A stretch of DNA of 64,000 bases. It comes from Chrysomallon squamiferum. Taxonomy: Eukaryota > Animalia > Mollusca. The position numbers were made by a program, and so were the translations under genes. Positions 1 to 26,006 of the stretch are shown one piece after another; the stretch's first letter is position 1, and the number at the start of each line of letters is the position of its first letter. The DNA lies in assembly GCA_012295275.1 (NCBI GenBank), contig CM022671.1:28334001-28398000 (forward strand), written 5' to 3'. The notes beneath the pieces are model-generated. The model was not told the origin of the DNA. It ran no database searches and was given only the letters and a program-made list of their open reading frames with translations.

Positions 1-3000
1 CATTATGTAGCAGTTTTGAGTACATTTTTTGGTCTCACATTTCCCTAATAATATTATATAGTTCTAGTCTGTGATCTCTTGGTTTGCTGGAAGTCAAGTG
101 TATACATTCCTGCCTAGAGAACATTTCACATAACTGTCAGTCAGTTAAAGTAGCACTTGGATAGGCAAAAATTCTTCTGTTAACTGGTTTGCAATGATGC
201 AAATGTTTCACCCAAAATACGTCAAGCAGTCAATAAAAACACATACGTATCCATTCATTCATAATTTACTGCAGCTTCACAATGAACTTGATTAAACTTG
301 GAATTTCCAGTGTGTTGAGACAGACCCCAAGTTGTGTGAAAATTTGGTCTGCTGATGATGGGGTGATTTGACAGCACATGAGGGTAATTGATTTTACAAG
401 CTGATCACCTAACCAGGGCACTGTAACACTTAGGGTAAGATGAAAGACCATCATGAACGTATCAGACCTGCCTCCAACCTTTCTGTCAGAAGTGCATAGC
501 TGCCAGAAACTTTCCAATGTTTACTTTATACACCAGAGCTTCTTCACAGCTGAAAATAGTTCATTGGATAAGCCTGTTTTTAAGTTCTCCTAATGAACCC
601 ATTAAATTAAGTGTTGCTCCTTGTTTATGTCTGAACAATATGGCGGAGAATGTTTAGATATATGTGCTTTTATTTATTAAATTGAATAATACTGTAGTTA
701 TTTGTTAATTATTACATGATGTTTACATTAATTTTTTGATATATATATACAGACTGTTTTCATCAGTCACTTTGAACTGATGCATATTACATCTGTGAAT
801 TAACACATGTAAAGACAACTATATACAACATCCTATAACAACAACAACAACATTAATAATAATAATAATAATAAAATTAAGAAAATTAGTAAGAAACTAC
901 CCACAACAAGGAAACGAGGAAAAGGAAAGAAAAATCCAACAACAAAACACATTTGTATATGAACTCGGAAGTGTATAAATAAACAATATGTGTATGGTTC
1001 TTTATTACCTTCTTCCAGAGCTGGTGTGAGTACTCTTGTGTTTCCTTGTTTTTGACAAGTCATGTCTTTATAATATTTGTTAAAATTCTTTTATAACTCT
1101 CATGTACGTTTCAATCAGATACTCAACAGAAATTCGTTTGTGGTAAATTCAGACTTGTACTAAATAAAAATAAGAATAAAAATCATAATATTCTCTTAAA
1201 TTTGTATTACTAAACTTCATATGATTAATTTTTATACCCATTAACTGTTTTTTATTTTATTATTATTTTTTTTTTATAAGTAGATTATTAAATCTTGTGT
1301 TGGCTTATTAATTTATACCTTATCTCAGTAATCATTTACTCATTAGCTTGGTTATTATTTATTATTTGAAAACTTATTTTGTTTAGCAGTGTTGAATTTT
1401 AATTTTGTTATAAAAGTAAAAAAAAAAGATAACTGTTCTTCCTGTTTCTTTTGTTTCTCTTTATAAAGCAGATGTTGCACATTTCATTATCACAGCTTCC
1501 AGAACCAGTTTTGCTGCAGTGCAGAATTCGTGCCAGAACACATGTATACATGTTATTTTAATCCTTAGTTTTACTTGGTTATTCACCCACAAATGAGATC
1601 ATGTCATGGCTGATAACTGTTGGCATGCTTAAAGTTAGTTTTTTTTTTTTTTTTCTTTTGCTGTCAGGATATTTCTCCTGTTTTCCTCTGTTTGATAAAG
1701 TGGGTATTTATTTCAGCTGTCCTGACTAGTGACGTAATAAGTGACCTAATTTGATAAAGGAAGAACTGAAGGTATTTTTAACATTCGTTTTTCAGCAGTA
1801 TTTATCAAGACATTACAAGACAGCCGATGTGAACTGGTGTCTTGAAGTGTTGTAGTAGTTGTCTGTTTTTATGACAAAGATTCTTCTGTTCTGTGACCGT
1901 ACGCATGACGTAATCAGAGACATCCCCGTGTTTTATATTTTCCATGATTGTCATTTCAGATAACACAATTGATATTTCCAAGAATATTCTTAGGAATTCT
2001 GAAATGGCTGGTTTCCAGAATAAGTTTGAAAGTTCTTATTGAGAAAATTAGCTCCAGGCATCCATTATTTATAAGTGAAAGAAAATTAGAATGCTCCGTT
2101 TGCTGTCATGAAAATTCAGAAATATTTATCACTGGAGGGAAAAGGTTAAATCTGAGATATATTTATCAGTGGTAATGCTGAAATAAACTATAAATTTATT
2201 TTGCTAAATATTTTTGTTTAAAGAGTTTCATTATTTACATGAATGAATAAGAAATGAAGCTTATAATGAGGTCTGAGATGTTATGATGTTTTCTTCTTTA
2301 CCTAGAAGATAAATCTGTGATTGTTGGAATTTAGATAAGTTTAAATTTGAATTATCAGTAATTGCTATTTCCAAAACTGGACTGTGATAAATTTCTTCCT
2401 GGTGCAGTTATTTATTTTTCTTCCATGTGTTTGTTCTTAAAAATATAACCTCTTTTTTTTATTTTATACCGCACATGTAGTTTTTTTTAGGGAAATAAGA
2501 TTTTAATTCTTTTTTTAAATCTTTTTACTGAATCATTAAAATGTATTTTGAGAATGTCAGTAAAGCTTTATCTTCTACTTATATTGAATCAAAATGGTAT
2601 TAAACCAAAATTGGTCCATTTTCGTTTATTTTCTGAATAGGATGGCTGTTGTACAAACAAACATGTTTACCTGTAAAGGTTATTCTTACAGATTACACTC
2701 CCACATGCACACTATCTGTGCTGCATATTTAAACAGCAAAGTGTGATATAGATGTTGTTATTCTGATCTGTCTGTGGAAGATGGAGGTGATTAAACTCCT
2801 TTTATTACCAGTGTATGTCTCATGGCACCGTATTAATATATATGTTGTTCAGGTGATCAACCGTTTTTATTGGTTATTTTAATGTGTAGAATTATGTAAG
2901 CTTCTGTAAATGTCAATAACCTGAATCTAAAATTAATTTCCATGGCTAATTTTTCAGTTTAAATTGCTTTAAAATCCCATCACACACCTACAGTTTGTGT

Positions 3001-4722
3001 TCATATTTTGTAATGTCATTTTTAACCAAGAATTTAAAAATCTATTTGATTTTGTGTTACAAAATGATATTTTTGCAGAGAAATTTAGTTAGTGTTTTTA
3101 ATTACTTGTTTCAAATGATCTTTTTACCTGTATATTAAATATATTCATAAATTCAAATTTTATCTACAGATCTGGGTGTGAATTTATAGTTTAAATATAC
3201 TTCTAAAAGCTTGAGTTGTTGATAAAACTGCAGACACTTAACAAATGTTCTCTGTACAATTTTTATTTTAGACTTGAAGACACAAAAGCAAAATGTGTAG
3301 CCATTTTGGATAAGGCTGCTAATTATAGAAACATTTTAAAATTACTGCTAGTCTTCATTAACCTGACCTTTTTCTTCCTGTTACTGAATATCAAATTAGT
3401 GAGCTTGTCAGATAAACAAATTTGGCTCTTCTCTGAATTCAGTTACCAGTATAAATGGGATTTACATTGTCTCAAGTTATCAAACAAAAAATCCATTTAG
3501 ATGAAGAAATGAAAATTAGTCTTAGGATGGTTTAACTGATCCAATTGTGAACTGTTATAGCCCACTAAAAAGAATTATTTATAACAAATTAAGAATGTGT
3601 ACTACTTCTATGACAGGAAAAATGCCATAATCTTTTGGGTGAAAGACATTATTTGCCCTCTGTTGATTCTAATTTTTAGTTCGGAAACTGCCATGAAAAC
3701 GTTTCGTATTATTAGCATCAAAATAAAATATAAAATTCAACAGAGTTACTAAAATTGTAGATAAAAATTTAATTTAGTTCTGATGAAACAGAATTCTGTT
3801 AAGAAAAACTCACTTGTTTTTAGTTGTAAAGGCAGTTTTGGCTTGATACTAATTATTAGCTATTTCAGTAAATCGGATGTTTTCAAACATCTGATTAGAC
3901 AGTCAGGTTGTGGTGTCTGGTGAAGGTGAACTGACTATTTTTGTTTGAAATAATTTTAAGTCTTAATGACTTTTGTTCTGGTTGTCACAGGAGTTGAAAA
4001 TTTTTTGTTTTTAATTTAATATTTTATTTATTAGAGAAAGATAGGAGATACAGACAAGATTTTTTTTTTTCTTCTCAATGTTTATTTTTTCCAATAAACA
4101 TTAAACATATATATTTAAGCAGAACTTGCAGCATGTCTTGTCTCTTATGAAAGTTCCATAAAATAAGTACACTTAAACATATATACAAATTACATATATA
4201 TGTGTCAGTACAGAAGACAGAGTGTTGGAACTGGTATGCAGATAAAGACATTGACTTTCGTATTTCTGTTATTTGCTAGTGTAGTATCAGAGATAGCATT
4301 CAGTAGAATAAGAGAAAGTCACAGTGACTGAAAATTTCTTACTTGAAGTATGCTAGGTGTGTTCAGTACTACTTGGTATACCTTTTATTCAACCAGCCAG
4401 AATCTTGCCGACTGACATATTAAAAAATGCTATAATTATTTTACTGCCTAAGAGAGTATACATTACAATAAATAAATAAAAAAATGTTTAAATTTTAAAA
4501 AATGTTTTGAGAAAATATCACTTGTTTTTAATCATTGAGAATTGCCTTTAGCGAACACCACCAAGTTGAATATTCTGACTCATCATATCAATCATTACAA
4601 CATTACAATTAAATGTGAAAAACTAGCTGAAAAATATGTTGATGTGTCATTGACCGTACATCTGTTTTGTCATTTATTTCAGACAGTGTTAAAATAGAAA
4701 TTGTAAGACACACACACACATG

Positions 4723-4755
<33 letters not shown>

Positions 4756-5840
4756 ACACACACACACACACACACTCTCACATACACACACACTAAAACC
4801 ACGCAGTTCTAGAAATCTGTCCGAAAAGGTTATTTTCTTAGCAGCTAATTGTTTTGAAGGTGTTATCTCAAAAAAAATAAAAAAAATTATCTCTAAGAAG
4901 TAGATTATTTGTAACACACTGTTTTACTGCAGTGCTGTTTACTGGGTAGATCAGTTTTCTGGTACGGTGGTCTACCTACACACACTTACTTAGAAGTCTT
5001 AAACTTGACTGACTAGCCATGACAGAATTCTTCCACTTGATCTGTGTTAATAAGCTTCAGCTGTCAGTTGTACCAGGTCATCTTTTGATAAAGTATAGGA
5101 AAATAGACCTCCTGGAACTGTTTCTAAACAAAACATTTATCCGACTTTGTTTTAATATTAATTCAGGTGTTAATAAAAATCTCTCATGTAAAACCCTCCA
5201 AAAAAATAAATAAAATTAATTCTTTACGTTTAATGTTAAATCTAGTTAATGTACTGTAAAAAAAACTATTTTTTTATTTTATTTGTGTTTTCTACTTTTT
5301 CCATAATATTTGTTTCTTTTTTCCTTTCTTTCTTTCTCTTTTTATTTATTTATTTATTTATTTATTTATTAAAACAGACTAAACCGAAGATCAAGAATAA
5401 AAATTCATCAGGAAAAAAGCAGAAGAAATCTTTTTGGACATGTAATAGTATTTTAATATTTTGTATTAAATGTTTATTTTTATTATTTTAAAAAATTATT
5501 TGTTTTATATTTGTTATAAAATATTTAGTATTCTGTCATGTATATAAAGTGAAACTGAACATTCCTTCCTGACAATATTCCTTCATAAATGAAATAAGAT
5601 GATTTTTAAAAAATTATTATTATTATTTAAAACAAAAATTGCCCTAACAAACCATAATGATCAAAATTCAACATCAAATTTAAATTATGATAAACTTCAT
5701 TATACACCAAATCATAATCTCCCCCAAAATTTGTGATAAACACAAAACACAGTTTCTCTTCAAAATTTTTATTTTTATTTTTACTTTATATTTATTTACC
5801 TGTAGAAGTCAACGGTCTGTTATTTGTTATCTTTATATAG

Positions 5841-5882
5841 GCTGTTTTCTATGTTGCTGTAAATCTAAGTCAAACAAAAAAG
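5841..5882 (+). CDS. Candidate 42-nt phase-1/phase-1 cassette exon of the PCTAIRE kinase encoding xCFLCCCKSKSNKK(G)
   Basis: Acceptor ttgttatctttatatag|GC, donor AAAAAG|gtaagt, length a multiple of 3. It is open in the phase needed to join the phase-1 exon at 13378. Confidence 0.6.
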
Positions 5883-6522
5883 GTAAGTTTGGGTCAAAAT
5901 ATTTAATTTATATTTGTAATCTGTTTTTTTTTTTTTTTAAACTTCTGTTCATTCAGTTATTATTTAAACCTTAAAATATCCAAATTATTACAGCCATTTT
6001 CTCCACTGGTCAATTTTAATAGTGTCATTCAGCCAAAATGAATAACATTCCTTGGTTGGTACTATAAAATGTGTGAAACTATTGAAAGAGGAAATAGATA
6101 CCAGCTTTGGAAATTTCAGTTATTTATTTCTGTAGTTAAAATGAGGTATGTGTACAGTGGCTTTTATACATACACAAAGATGTGGACCTAAAAATATTAA
6201 TGTTAAAGTTGACCTCATCAAATGCTGAGTTTTTTTGTTCTTCTTCGCTTGATTTTAAGTTTTTTTCCTCAGTTCAAGAATTAATTGTTATTCAGTCAAT
6301 CATCAGCATGCAGGAAATAATTCAGTGTATTTTTGTTCCTTACTACTTGTTATTGTTTTTGTAGAGGACAAAAATACAAATACCCCACACAGAAAACCAG
6401 CATAACATTCGATTTAAAATAATTTTAGAATTGAGTTACTTGAATTCCATTTACTGAGCAAGTGCTTAACAGAATTATAAAGTTGTTTTATTAAATGATA
6501 TTTTTAAATTTGTATTTCTTTG

Positions 6523-6553
<31 letters not shown>

Positions 6554-6893
6554 TTTTTTTTTTTTTTTTTTTTAAATTTAATTTCCTATATTAAATTGTA
6601 TTTCTTCTTTTGTTTTGTTTTGGTCAGGGTTGATTAACATTGTTTAACCATATTTTCCTATTTCTTTATAATTTTAGTCTTTAGAATAATGGTTTGTTCA
6701 TAGTCGACTATTTTTTTTTTAGAGAATATTGCTAATGCAAATGAAAGCACAACTTTGTTCTTCCACATTCTTCTACTCAGTACATGCGACATAAAATATT
6801 ATTTATAAGATCCTGAAATAATGACTTATTGAAATATTAAGCTTCCTGATTATTTTCCTGTCTGAATGCATTACCAACAAATGAACCAAAGCC

Positions 6894-6936
<43 letters not shown>

Positions 6937-9900
6937 TACTATTGTTATTAACATTTAGATGAAATATCATCTGTTAACATGTCAGTATGATTACCTGCCA
7001 GTGGATTATAAATATATATTGATTGGTGAATTTGGCAGTATTAATGATTAAGAATGTTGTTTTTGTTGATGGTTTTATTGATTCGTGCATGGCCGAGGAA
7101 TTCCATGGATTTAGAATTGTTATTTATGACATATAAATTCCATTCATCTTCTTATTACAGTGAACATCAGAGACTATTACTGGAATATTAAGTGGGTACG
7201 GGTCATTCTCTGTGCCACTGTTTAAAGACATTTAAGCAGGCTGGCTTATTAACCTGCCTGGCAAGTGGCCGAGAATGTCTTGGAATTTGTATGTTATGTC
7301 AGTGTATTACTGTGTCTGTACAGGCGTGAATTGTGACTCACTGAACCTGAATAGGAAATAACAGATCAACGGATCACTCACTTAGTAGTTTTTCTCTGTT
7401 GTAATAACTGTTTCTTGATGTAGTTTTTTTTTTTGTTTGGTCTCTTTACCTCCATCCCATTCATTCTTTTCTTACTTTTTCTCTCACTGTGCATGTTTGA
7501 GCTGAAATTCTGAATACAGAATTATGTGGACATAGAATAAGAAATTGAATATCTCTCTCTTTCTCTTTCGCTGTCTTTCTCTCTCTCACACACACACACA
7601 CACACGCATGTAGTATCACTATATCCATCCATTAATTCATACTAAACCTTTTAAAAAAATTTTAACAAAAATTAAGTTAAGAGAAAAGGCACTATCAGAC
7701 AATTTGTGACTAGAATGCTTTTTTTTTTTTTTTATAATAATTTTAATAAAGCAATAATTAAAGAATATATTTGAAAAACAACAGAAAAATCTCCATGACC
7801 ACAGTGTTAACAAACAGCAAATAGGTATAAAGACCATTTATAAATAATAATCTTTGTACACGTTTGTTAAATAGTAGAACGACAGCAGTGGATGTTTACT
7901 GAGAATTCTAGATGAGACCCTGTTTACATGAGCTGACCATAAGTTAACTAAAAAACTATTAACCTTATAGTTTTTATTCTTTATTTATTTTCTTTCTTTC
8001 TTATTTTTTTTTGGTGAGTCATTTCCCAGATTTCAGAATTTCTGAGTCAGTTTTTATTTAATTCATTTTACAAAAAAACCCCACATATATGTAAAAAAAA
8101 ATAAAAGATAATGAAAAAACATTATTCTAATTTTAGAAGCAAGCATCTTAAAATATTAACAGTGTCAGAAATACTTATGATAGAAATTTTCAGATGAAAG
8201 GGTTCTGCTTGAATCTGCTATTTTTATTTTCTATTGAAGTAAAATAAATTGCTTATGACCTGAGTTTTAATGAAGATGCTGCCGTACAGTGATACGGGCA
8301 TATCTGTAGATTACATTTATTTTTTGAATAATAGCAAGTGTTCTGTTGAAATCAAAGAAATAAGTCTTTCACTCCGAAACAAACAGAATAATACAGGTTT
8401 TTCTAATCTTTGGACCAATATTTTTAGACTAAAATTATTTTGAGAGCTATCAGTATTCAGAGTTCATTTCATTTTAGGATTAAAAATGTGTGAATTTAAA
8501 CAAAAAAAACCCAAACCAAACAAACAATTATCAATAACCAGTATGATTCTAAAGTGGATTCAAGCTAAAATACTTTACTACAAAACAACAAAAAGAATAT
8601 ATAATTGTTTTTTAAACAAAATTTTAGACTCATATTTAGAATTAAATTACTTCAGCAATTATTTTGTTTTCGAACTTTTAATTATTAATCGAATTTTTAA
8701 TCGAAATTTTAATTTTTAATTTTTATGTTTTGTTTGTTGATTGCAAATTTTGTTAAAAATCCATCTATTTCCAATTAGCATATTTTAGCATGGCAACACA
8801 GTCCAAAAAAAAAAAAAAAGAAGCAAAACAACAACAAAATAAATATTAATCTGAGGGACTTATTGTATTATGTCATTGCATCATTATTTCTCAGTGGTCC
8901 TCGTCTTTCCTCATTGCAGATATTAAATGTTTGTTTTGACGTCAGTCAGACTATCTGCTTTCATTGTACAAACAGACAGATGGACTGTTTAGGGGTTTTC
9001 TAAGTATTATTTTTCTTTCTGAACGTACGCTAGTAAACCACCAGCTCTTTTATCGCCAATACTCTCTGGAATTGTATGCGAACATGCAGTAATGTTGATC
9101 TAGCAAATTTTCCAAGCATCTATTAGATTAATGAAAGATGTTTTGTTTGGCTCTTCTGTAGCTTGCACATAGCTGTCTGATTAAGAATGGAGGGGGCAAA
9201 AAAAAAGGAAAAAAAAGTCCTGTTCAGCTATTTTGAATATGTAAAACACTTATCTAGCTTTTGTTCCTGACTGCAGAATAAAGGATTTATTATGCATGCT
9301 GATAGGACAGACTGGAAGCAAAAGAATATTAGGAAAAAACGATTTTATGATGTTTTTATAAACATTGTAATGGGAATGGTATGTTTTTATAAACAATGTG
9401 ATGGGGATGGCATGTTTAAAACCAAATCAAGATGCAGAAAGGATAATAATTATTTAAAAAAAAAAAAAAAAAGCATTAAAACAAAAGAAAAAAAGATTAA
9501 TAATTTAAAAATTATATGTCCATAATAATAATAAAAGAAAATAACAATAATAATAATAATAATTACCCCACCATCCAGGAAGTTTGGTTTATAAATAAAC
9601 ATTTATACTTGGCTCTAAAAATGTTGTTTTTTTTTCTGTATGTTTATTAAAACTGTTATCAATAATGTATAAGTTTAGATGTTACAGTATTAAAATAAGG
9701 TAATTGAGATTAATGATAAAACCTTCATTAAGTAGTTTCTTTAAAACCATTTTCATACCTTTATTTTTTTATTTTTTGGAAAAGATTGCATTTGTATTCA
9801 TTGATAACATTTGACAGAATTTATTGTTATTATCACTGAGTTTCTCGGTTGGTGCACTTCCTGAACACTTCCACCCACCCAAGTCCCCGCAGAATGAAAA

Positions 9901-10920
9901 CATTCCATTAAACTGTTTGGTGTTCTGCTCCTGAGTGCTGTTGATGATGGTTATGATTTATCATTAAAGATGAGGTTATAAGTGTGCAGATCATAAACAT
10001 TTCAAATTTATCATGACTATGGCTGGATTGGTTTTAATAAAACATCTATCAGATGACGTGAAGTGATCTCAGTGGACTTTCACAGACGCGTCTATCTTTG
10101 GCCATGATTCATCCACTCCAGTATCTTGCACAAGGCTGCACAATCAGCGGTTGAAATGACACAACCTTTTCCCTTGCTCTGTTTTTTTTCTTAAACAAAA
10201 TCTTTAATAAGCATGTGTTTTGTATGCTTTCCTCATTTCGTGATCGATGTTCAAAAGATATTTGCTTTTAGTTGTTGAAATATTTATTAAATACAAAGCC
10301 TTGCCTTTAAAAATAACTTTTGTTTATCTTATCATATCGTATATTAGCCATTTTTGCAAAATATTTTTCTAATATTCTTCTGAAGATATTTTTGGTAATG
10401 TCTGTTTTTGTTTTGGGTATTTTTTATATTTTGTAATATCATTTTAAAAATTAACAAAATTTACCCCTGCATTTTATGATATCCTATACAAACATTCTGT
10501 CCCTGGTTTATATTTTTGTAACATATCTCTGTAAACTTTCTGTCCCTGCTACAATTATATTTTGTAATATCCCTTGCCACACATTTTTATCGGTGCTATC
10601 AGCATTAATTAAGGAGATAGTGTCAAATGTCTGTAGTCAAGAATCTCCGTTGACAGCTGCAACATTCGGGAAATCAGCTCACTGATTTATTGCTACAAAT
10701 GTCTGTCCAGTTTTCGTGGAGACTCCATATTTTGGCACCAAACTGATAAAAAACATCTGGATTCCTCTGGAGAGTGTGCCAAGTATACATCACAGGAAGT
10801 CTGCCTGCAGATTACGGCAAACCGGGCTGAGCTGGGACATGATCATCAGAGATACACTCATCCTGTCTCGGGCCGGAACCAAGTCATGCTTGCTTTGTTT
10901 TCAAACTGTTTCATGCCACC

Positions 10921-21645
<10,725 letters not shown>

Positions 21646-24600
21646 CAGTGGTGGAACTTAAGGACATCAAACTCTAGTAAAGCCGGTCGCTGTTGTCTGT
21701 AAACAAAAAATGACTGACCAGCTGACGTGGTCAGTGTGAACTGTCTCACAGTATTGTGTGTCTCTTCTGTCAGTGTAACATTGACTCTGAAACTCAGAGA
21801 CTGTCACAGACTCACACATACACATCTACACACTCATACATATACACTTATGTACACACACACACACACATTCACACAGGCACCTACCTACCTGCTCATG
21901 CAGAAGAACAAATGTTCACGTTCCTTGAATTAAGCATTTTATTTGTTCATTCACACATACACGTACATATATACACCCCTCACACACACACACCCAAACA
22001 CACTCTCTACCACACACACAGTTGTGCTGGGCTGGCACTGGTCAGTATTTCCTGTGTCACAATTATTTCCATGACAAATGGGAACTGTAAAGAGACATGC
22101 TCCGTGTTGACAGTATTTCAAAATGGCTCTTTCATACAGGAAGGAACCTAGCCGGAAACATGACAAAAGTGAACTGAAAAGCCTGAGTCCAGTCACTGCC
22201 AGGCTCCATCTGGCAGAAAAAAGATCATCAAGACACCAAGGGGAACAACTCAACTTTTACTGTCAACCACAACAGTTCTATGTGATAAAGAAGACAAAGG
22301 AATAGATTTAATGATGTCCTCTTATTTCATTTGTATGATTGTGTATTTATTTAAAAGTGATTCCTTGTAATTTATTTTTTTAATTAAAAAAGAAAAAAAA
22401 AAAAGAAAAAATTAACAAAGTAAATTTTACACGTTTGTGTGATAACATTAGAAAGAAATCAGATGACAGATGAGGAAAGATAACTGTGAATGTTACTAAA
22501 TTCTGCTGGCAGAAACATGTTATTATGGATATACTATATAACCTAGAACAAAGAGAAATCTGACTAAAATCTAATTATAATCTTACTACTTTCCACTACT
22601 TGCGTTTTTGTCCAAGCATCGTCTCATATGAAGTTTTAAAATGCAATGAAATTTTTAACTGAATTTCTGTCAGTTTTATCTGTTCATAATCAAAATTCCC
22701 AGAAATGTTGACAGAAATAAAAATACTGAAATTTTTATGATGGATTGTATCTATGCTGGTGAATATAAAAAGAAACCTGTAACAAGAGTTGTTAGTGTTA
22801 TTAGATGGATTGTTCACCAAGTGCCTGGAATGTTGATATTTATCTGAAAATAAATAAACTACTATTAATGAAGGTGGCCAATCACACAAGATCCTTGAAA
22901 CTTTAATTATTAGATTTTTTTTTACTCCACCTGAAAGTAGTGTAAGATAAAATTAGATTTCATTTCAGATTAGTGATAAAGAATGGAGAAAACACTCGTG
23001 AAATATTTTTGAAGATTTCTTTATGAAGATTTCTTGTACAGTAATACACAGAAAGTGTGTATCTGTGTATTGTTTTGCTCTGAAACATGTTCACTGTGTG
23101 TGTTCATGTACATATCAGGAAGTCGTGTGATAGCTGGATGTTATGAACATAACATGATCCTTAGTTGTAGTCGCGTGTTCAAAACATTAATATAGATTTA
23201 CTTCCAGTGTTAAAGCCTGCGTTGGCTCTAAGCAAAATAATTTATTTATATTATTTATTTATTTAAATAATAATAATAATAATAATAATAATAATTAAAA
23301 TAATAATAGATAGATAGAGAAAATTATCATTACTATAAAAAATTAAAATCGAGATTTGCCATGCTTTACCTGTAATTCTATACTTTATATTTGATTTTAA
23401 AATTAATCATATTTGCTATCATTTATCAGAAGTAGAATTTTATTTCAAAAATATATTCAAAATTAATATTACATTTTACATTCTCAGAAAACTAGTTCTT
23501 TTTCTTTTTTCGTTAATTTTTTAAATTATTACTGTTACTATTATTAATTATTATTATTACTACTCCTACTACTACAATTATTATTATTATTCTTGACAAA
23601 CAACAGAAGTATAAGATATCAAAAAGCATTTGCTAAGGATCATGTTCTTTGTTGTAGACAAGCTGTACTGTGTGTGCGCTATAAGATAAAAATAGTTCTG
23701 TGTATCTTACACTAGTGTAATAGTCTGCTTATATGCTTCTGCTAAGTAATAAACTAGTATATCTAAACAACAATACTTTTTGCACAAGAAGGTATTATTT
23801 GAAGAAAATCTAACTTTTTCAAAACCTAATTTCTGGATGCTTTTACTAGTCAAGCTTCTGACAATTATTTCAAATGTCTTTTCTACCAAGTGTAAAATAT
23901 GTGTGTAATTTCTATTAATATTTGTATTGAGATAGGGCAGGAGAATGATGATGATGATGATGATGATGATAATGATTATTATTATTATAAATTCTAATAA
24001 TGAATTTATCTGGAACATACTGTTATTTAGTGAAAATTCTTTTAAGCTGTTGTTGCTTTTTGAAATAATGCATCCTTAGATAGTCTGTTGCTAATGTGAA
24101 ACTCTCAGAATATAAAAACATATATGCTACAGTGACAGAATTTTTTTTCAAAGGATTGATATAATGTAAATATGAAATGGCTGATTACAGAAGAATTGAT
24201 GGCTTGGTTTAAAGGAATAAAGAATGAATGTTATGGTACTAAACTAAAATTTCAGCCATTGGATGTACATGTTGTTTTATCTCATCTTGACATTACACAA
24301 CTTTTTAATATTTCATTTTCATTGTGTACTTGTGAAAGAGATATTTATTCAGGAAATTTCTTGACATTTTTTCTTTTTTTTTTTAAATTTTTTTTTTAAC
24401 CATGACAGTTACTTTTGTTATATTAATCGGGTTTATTTTTTCCATCTTTTTTTTTGTTTTTGATTTTGTTTTTCTTTTATACATACTGTTGGATGTAAAA
24501 AAAAATTTTAGTTATGTATTTACAGAATATCATACCTTGAGTAAATTTTTAAAGAGAGTGTATATTTTCCATGTTTGTATGTATTATTTCAACATTGACA

Positions 24601-25970
24601 TCAAAGTATTTTGATCAAAGAACATTTATTGTTTAATATGCCGAATGTCTGCTGAAGTTATATTCAAGAATGTATTTCAGGAAACAGTGAACCCTTATGA
24701 AGTTCAAATATATTTAATTTTTATTTTATAAACTCTCCTGTCATTGTAACTTCTAATGATAATGAATACAAATAACAGAAGTATTATAAACTATTCTTTT
24801 TGTTCTTGGTATGAATTGTTGGATCTGAATGTTACTAAAAGTGATTAAAAAAAAAAAAAAAAAAAAAAAAGGAAAACAATTTTAAAAACTTGCCAATTCC
24901 TTAGATAGGAATTGTTGGATCTAAATTTTTAATCATAATAATAAATATTAAAAATTTAATTATTATTTTGTAGTGAGTACAGGGTGAAAATGTATATGAT
25001 AATTGTACAGTAAAAGTTGTTTTTGAAGGGGACCATGCAACCACAATATAGTTTTACTGCCAGTTATGTCAAATCATTATGTCTTACTTCAAATCAAACA
25101 CTAATCATTAAACCTAAAATTTACTTTCTATTTTTGTCTAACCTGTTTGCAGTTTTGATATTGGAGAATTTTTATTTGGTTTGTAACCAAGATTCAAAAA
25201 TTTCTTTCTACTTCAAATGCTCAATATGTTGCTACCAAATACTTCATTTAAGACATTATCCCCAAAATATGTATTTAAAAGATGAATATTTTATCAAATA
25301 AAGGTCTGTCATTGTTCAAGTATGTGAACTCTTGCACAAATATAGAAAAGGTTTTGTCAAAAAAAAAAATAAGTTGAAACACTGAAAAAAGGTTTATGAA
25401 ATATAAATCATATTTCCATTGTATATATATATAAAAGTAAAAACAAAGAAAAACCTTATTAAAATAAATATTTGAAACATCTTACATGAAGTGCTTGCCC
25501 TTGTACTAATTTGATTTTCAATTTTTGTGGTTTTTTTGTTTGTTTGTTCTTGTTACTGTGGTTTTGTTTTTTGTTTGTTTACTTTCTTTGTAATGTGTTT
25601 TTAACATATCTTGAAATCTCATATTGTACATTTATTTTTATTTTTTTTCTTCTCTTGTGTCCGGTGCCCAGTATCTATGCATGATTTAAGACAAAGACTG
25701 TGTTAACATTTACTGTAACTGATATCATCAGAATATTTTTAAAATTGCAGTGTATTTATTATTTAAAACTGACTGTATATCAAAAGTAATAAAATGTCAA
25801 AATGTTTTTTTTTACTTCAGTCAGTGAGGAGAACTGGTGAGACTCAGGGTGGGGTGGGGTTTGAGGGTAGGTGTCGACTTGGTAGTGACAGTGCATTTTA
25901 TTAAAATTTAATTAATTTTTTTTATTGTTGAATACATGCAACTGAAATCAGTTTCTTTGATAAATACATT

Positions 25971-26006
<36 letters not shown>

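Noticed and set aside
1000-1032. Micro-exon-like ccttcttccag|AGCTGGT|gtgagt in the kinase upstream intron
   Set aside because: 7 nt is not frame-preserving and no partner exon is visible. It cannot be supported without junction reads.
8905-8946. Possible 21-nt poison exon (cattgcag|...gac|gtcagt) with an in-frame TGA in phase 1
   Set aside because: The donor is weak and the site is better explained as a CRE palindrome. Chance splice-like matches are common in this AT-rich DNA.
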